A stretch of DNA of 64,000 bases from NCBI GenBank assembly GCA_021463465.1, contig JAJTYH010000003.1, forward strand, positions 351,942-415,941, given 5' to 3'. The DNA is from a bacterium. Its GTDB lineage: Bacteria; Patescibacteriota; Dojkabacteria; SC72. Made by a program: the position numbers and the translations under genes. Each line of letters begins with the position of its first letter. Positions within the stretch are counted from its first letter, which is position 1. Shown here piece by piece: positions 61,736 to 64,000 of the stretch. A model generated the notes under the pieces. That model made no database searches, was not told where the DNA came from, and was given only the letters and a program-made list of their open reading frames with translations.

Positions 61736-63394
61736 GTGTCTATCTTTGATTTCTTTTTTGAGAAAAATCAGAAAACCCCTGTATCTCAGACGCCTTATGA
61801 CTTAAAGTCTCGTTTGGTTACATTAATTATTTTGGATGGTTTTGGAGTACATCCTGACCCATTGGGAAACTCAGTGCTTCAAGCCAAAACACCGTTTCTG
61901 GATAAAGCATGGACTTATGGAACCTCTACATTACTGCACGCCTCGGGAACGCATGTTGGTCTACCACCTGAAGAACCTGGGAATTCGGAGGTAGGGCATC
62001 TTAATATTGGAACAGGTCAGGTAGTCTACCAATCTTTGCCTCGAATTAACGATGCTATCGCGTCAGGTGATTTTGCCGAGATTGAAGAGGTGAGACTGGC
62101 CTTTGAAGAGGCGCAGAATCGTAAGGTAAATGTCCATCTCATGGGTATTTTGACTACAGCTGGTGTTCACGGTCATATTGATCACCTTTATGCTTTGATG
62201 GATGTAGCGAAGAGCTACGGAATAAGCCCTTTTTTACATTTGATGATGGATGGGCGGGATACTCCAGCTACTGATGGTTATTTCTTCCTTTCCAAGCTTG
62301 TACAAAAGATTAAAGAAACCCATTCGGGAAAGATTGCAAGTGTTATGGGAAGAATTTACGGTATGGATCGGGATAATCGTTCTGAAAGAACCGAAAAAGC
62401 ATATAACGCTATGGTTGGTTTGGGTGAGCGCAAATCTAACGATGTGTTTGCGCTAATCCAAGAGTGTTACAAGAATAATGAGACCGATCAGTTCATAATC
62501 CCTACAACTATAGTTGATGCAGAAAATAATGCGGTTGGTCCTATTAAAGATAACGATATTGTAATTTTTTTTAACTTTCGAGAAGATCGTGCGCGACAAA
62601 TTACTAAAGCTTTTGTAATACAAGATTTCGATAGTTTTAAAAGGTTGAATTATCCTCAAAATCTCTACTTTGTAACAATGACCGGTTATTCAGAAGATCT
62701 TCAGACACACGTTATTTTCCCACCTAAGAAGGTTTATGACACACTGTCATCCACAATTTCGAGCGCTGGGCTACGACAGCTGCATATCTCGGAGACAGAA
62801 AAGTTTATGCACATCAGCTATTTCTTTAATGGTGGAATTGAAAAACCACATCCAGGAGAGGATTTCTTTAATGTGCCTTCTCCTAAAGTATTTGATTACG
62901 CACAGGTACCTGAGATGAGTTCTTACATCATTCGTGATGAGGTGTTGTATCGACTTGATCATATCAATGAGAAACCTTACTCTTTTATTGTCATCAATTT
63001 TGCTAACCCAGATATGATTGGTCATACTGGAAATCTTGATGCTGCTGTTCGAGCATGCGAGGTTGCAGATGAGTGTGCAAGAGATATTGTTAAAAAAACC
63101 GTAGAAAAAAATGGGGTGGCTATAATCATTGCTGATCATGGTAATTGTGAGACAATGATTGATCGTATCACTAAAAAGCCTGATACGATGCACACTAATA
63201 ACCCCATTCCTTTTATTTTAGTATCTGATTTACGCCAAATAAGTGAGAGTAAGGTGGAAGCGATCAAGATAGGGACGGGTAAGCGTGCAACTTCAACAGG
63301 TATTTTGGCAGATGTCGCACCTACAATCCTATCTATTCTTGGTTTGAAGGCTGGCAATGATATGACAGGTGTTAATTTGTTGGAAGTAATTTAA
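61736..63394 (+). CDS. gpmI: 2,3-bisphosphoglycerate-independent phosphoglycerate mutase
   Basis: iPGM motifs SEVGHLNIGTGQVVYQ and IIADHGNCETM. 552 aa. Confidence 0.93.
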   Translation: MSIFDFFFEKNQKTPVSQTPYDLKSRLVTLIILDGFGVHPDPLGNSVLQAKTPFLDKAWTYGTSTLLHASGTHVGLPPEEPGNSEVGHLNIGTGQVVYQSLPRINDAIASGDFAEIEEVRLAFEEAQNRKVNVHLMGILTTAGVHGHIDHLYALMDVAKSYGISPFLHLMMDGRDTPATDGYFFLSKLVQKIKETHSGKIASVMGRIYGMDRDNRSERTEKAYNAMVGLGERKSNDVFALIQECYKNNETDQFIIPTTIVDAENNAVGPIKDNDIVIFFNFREDRARQITKAFVIQDFDSFKRLNYPQNLYFVTMTGYSEDLQTHVIFPPKKVYDTLSSTISSAGLRQLHISETEKFMHISYFFNGGIEKPHPGEDFFNVPSPKVFDYAQVPEMSSYIIRDEVLYRLDHINEKPYSFIVINFANPDMIGHTGNLDAAVRACEVADECARDIVKKTVEKNGVAIIIADHGNCETMIDRITKKPDTMHTNNPIPFILVSDLRQISESKVEAIKIGTGKRATSTGILADVAPTILSILGLKAGNDMTGVNLLEVI

Positions 63395-63405
63395 GGATAT
63401 TCATA

Positions 63406-64000
63406 ATGAAAGGCTTTTATCCAGCCACAACGCCATTAATCATGCATAAAGGGAATGCGGAAAATGTTTACCGACTTGATTGTCTTGATCATTGTATTAG
63501 ATTTATGAAAAGATGGAAGTCCAACTTTGAAGTTGTCGATATCAAATATAATGGAAGGAGTCGGAGTGAATCCATCGAATTGGTCAAGACTGTTCATAAT
63601 GCTAATTTCATTTCATGCTTTCAATCTGGTACCCCAAAGGAGTTCTTTGATTCAATGGGTATTCAGTGGCAGCCTAAACTCTTTGACTTCGTTATGGAAC
63701 AATCGATAACCTCTAAGGAAGTTGTCGATGAAGTTATGTTATATGACAGGGCAGTTGCAATCACTGGTGGGGGACATCACTCTGAAACGGATAAACCTTA
63801 TGGGTTCGGTCCCATTAACACTATGTCTATCTCAGCGATTGAAGCATTGAAGCGTAAACTTAAGGTTGCCGTTATTGATTTAGATACTCATTACAGCAAT
63901 GGGTGTATGGAGATTTTGAAGGGTAGGGATGGAGTAAAATTTTATAGCTTGTGGAATCAGAAATTGGATAAATGGTCAGTAACCGAATCGGGTGGAAATA
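63406..64000 (+). CDS. histone-deacetylase/acetoin-utilisation (HDAC/AcuC) superfamily protein, 3' end beyond window
   Basis: Open frame from ATG 63406 to the window end. AITGGGHHSE and VIDLDTHYSNG resemble the HDAC GGGxHHA and DxDxHHGxG blocks. Not in the ORF track because no stop falls within the window. Confidence 0.5.
   Translation, partial: MKGFYPATTPLIMHKGNAENVYRLDCLDHCIRFMKRWKSNFEVVDIKYNGRSRSESIELVKTVHNANFISCFQSGTPKEFFDSMGIQWQPKLFDFVMEQSITSKEVVDEVMLYDRAVAITGGGHHSETDKPYGFGPINTMSISAIEALKRKLKVAVIDLDTHYSNGCMEILKGRDGVKFYSLWNQKLDKWSVTESGGN

Noticed and set aside
1-64000. CRISPR arrays or other tandem DNA repeats
   Set aside because: No regularly spaced direct repeats were seen in any intergenic region. 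The repeats present are protein-level repeats within the giant CDS.

Overview
This is a low-GC (about 37-38% by eye), densely coded bacterial window read with the standard genetic code, containing roughly 60 genes on both strands. The housekeeping backbone is: recA-recX-recJ (a tightly overlapping operon), aspS (archaeal-like and GAD-less, with a C-terminal YbaK-type deacylase domain fused on), gltX followed directly by tRNA-Gln(CUG), ileS, ung-pepF, ftsE-ftsX-M23 activator, prfB, gpmI, hpf, and a tRNA-Asn(GUU). Both aspS and ileS are preceded by T-box leaders whose T-box sequence is plainly readable and which end in intrinsic terminators. The accessory content is: (i) a glycopolymer export block (GT4, Wzm/Wzt-like ABC exporter, epimerase); (ii) a second envelope/exopolysaccharide block (UPF0104, FkbM methyltransferase, CapA, processive GT2 with QxxRW, secreted hydrolase-like protein); (iii) a 2,644-aa multi-domain surface protein (vWA, DUF11 repeats, Cys-rich repeats, Cna-B-like repeats) carrying an internal LPNTG sorting signal, with about 350 further residues that begin like a signal peptide, and its sortase start-overlapping the stop (TAATG); (iv) an Erm-like rRNA methyltransferase followed by a UmuD'-like/UmuC-like translesion-polymerase pair, where the UmuD-like protein lacks both the catalytic Ser and the autocleavage N-terminus; (v) an AT-rich island of unknown genes beside tRNA-Asn; (vi) a thioredoxin-fold gene split by a frameshift in a T5 run; (vii) two GC-rich structured non-coding elements of unknown class. 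The gene content and envelope features (sortase/LPXTG, FtsEX-M23, T-boxes) suggest a Gram-positive-type envelope in a reduced genome, possibly of CPR/Patescibacteria type. That taxonomic guess is inference only.
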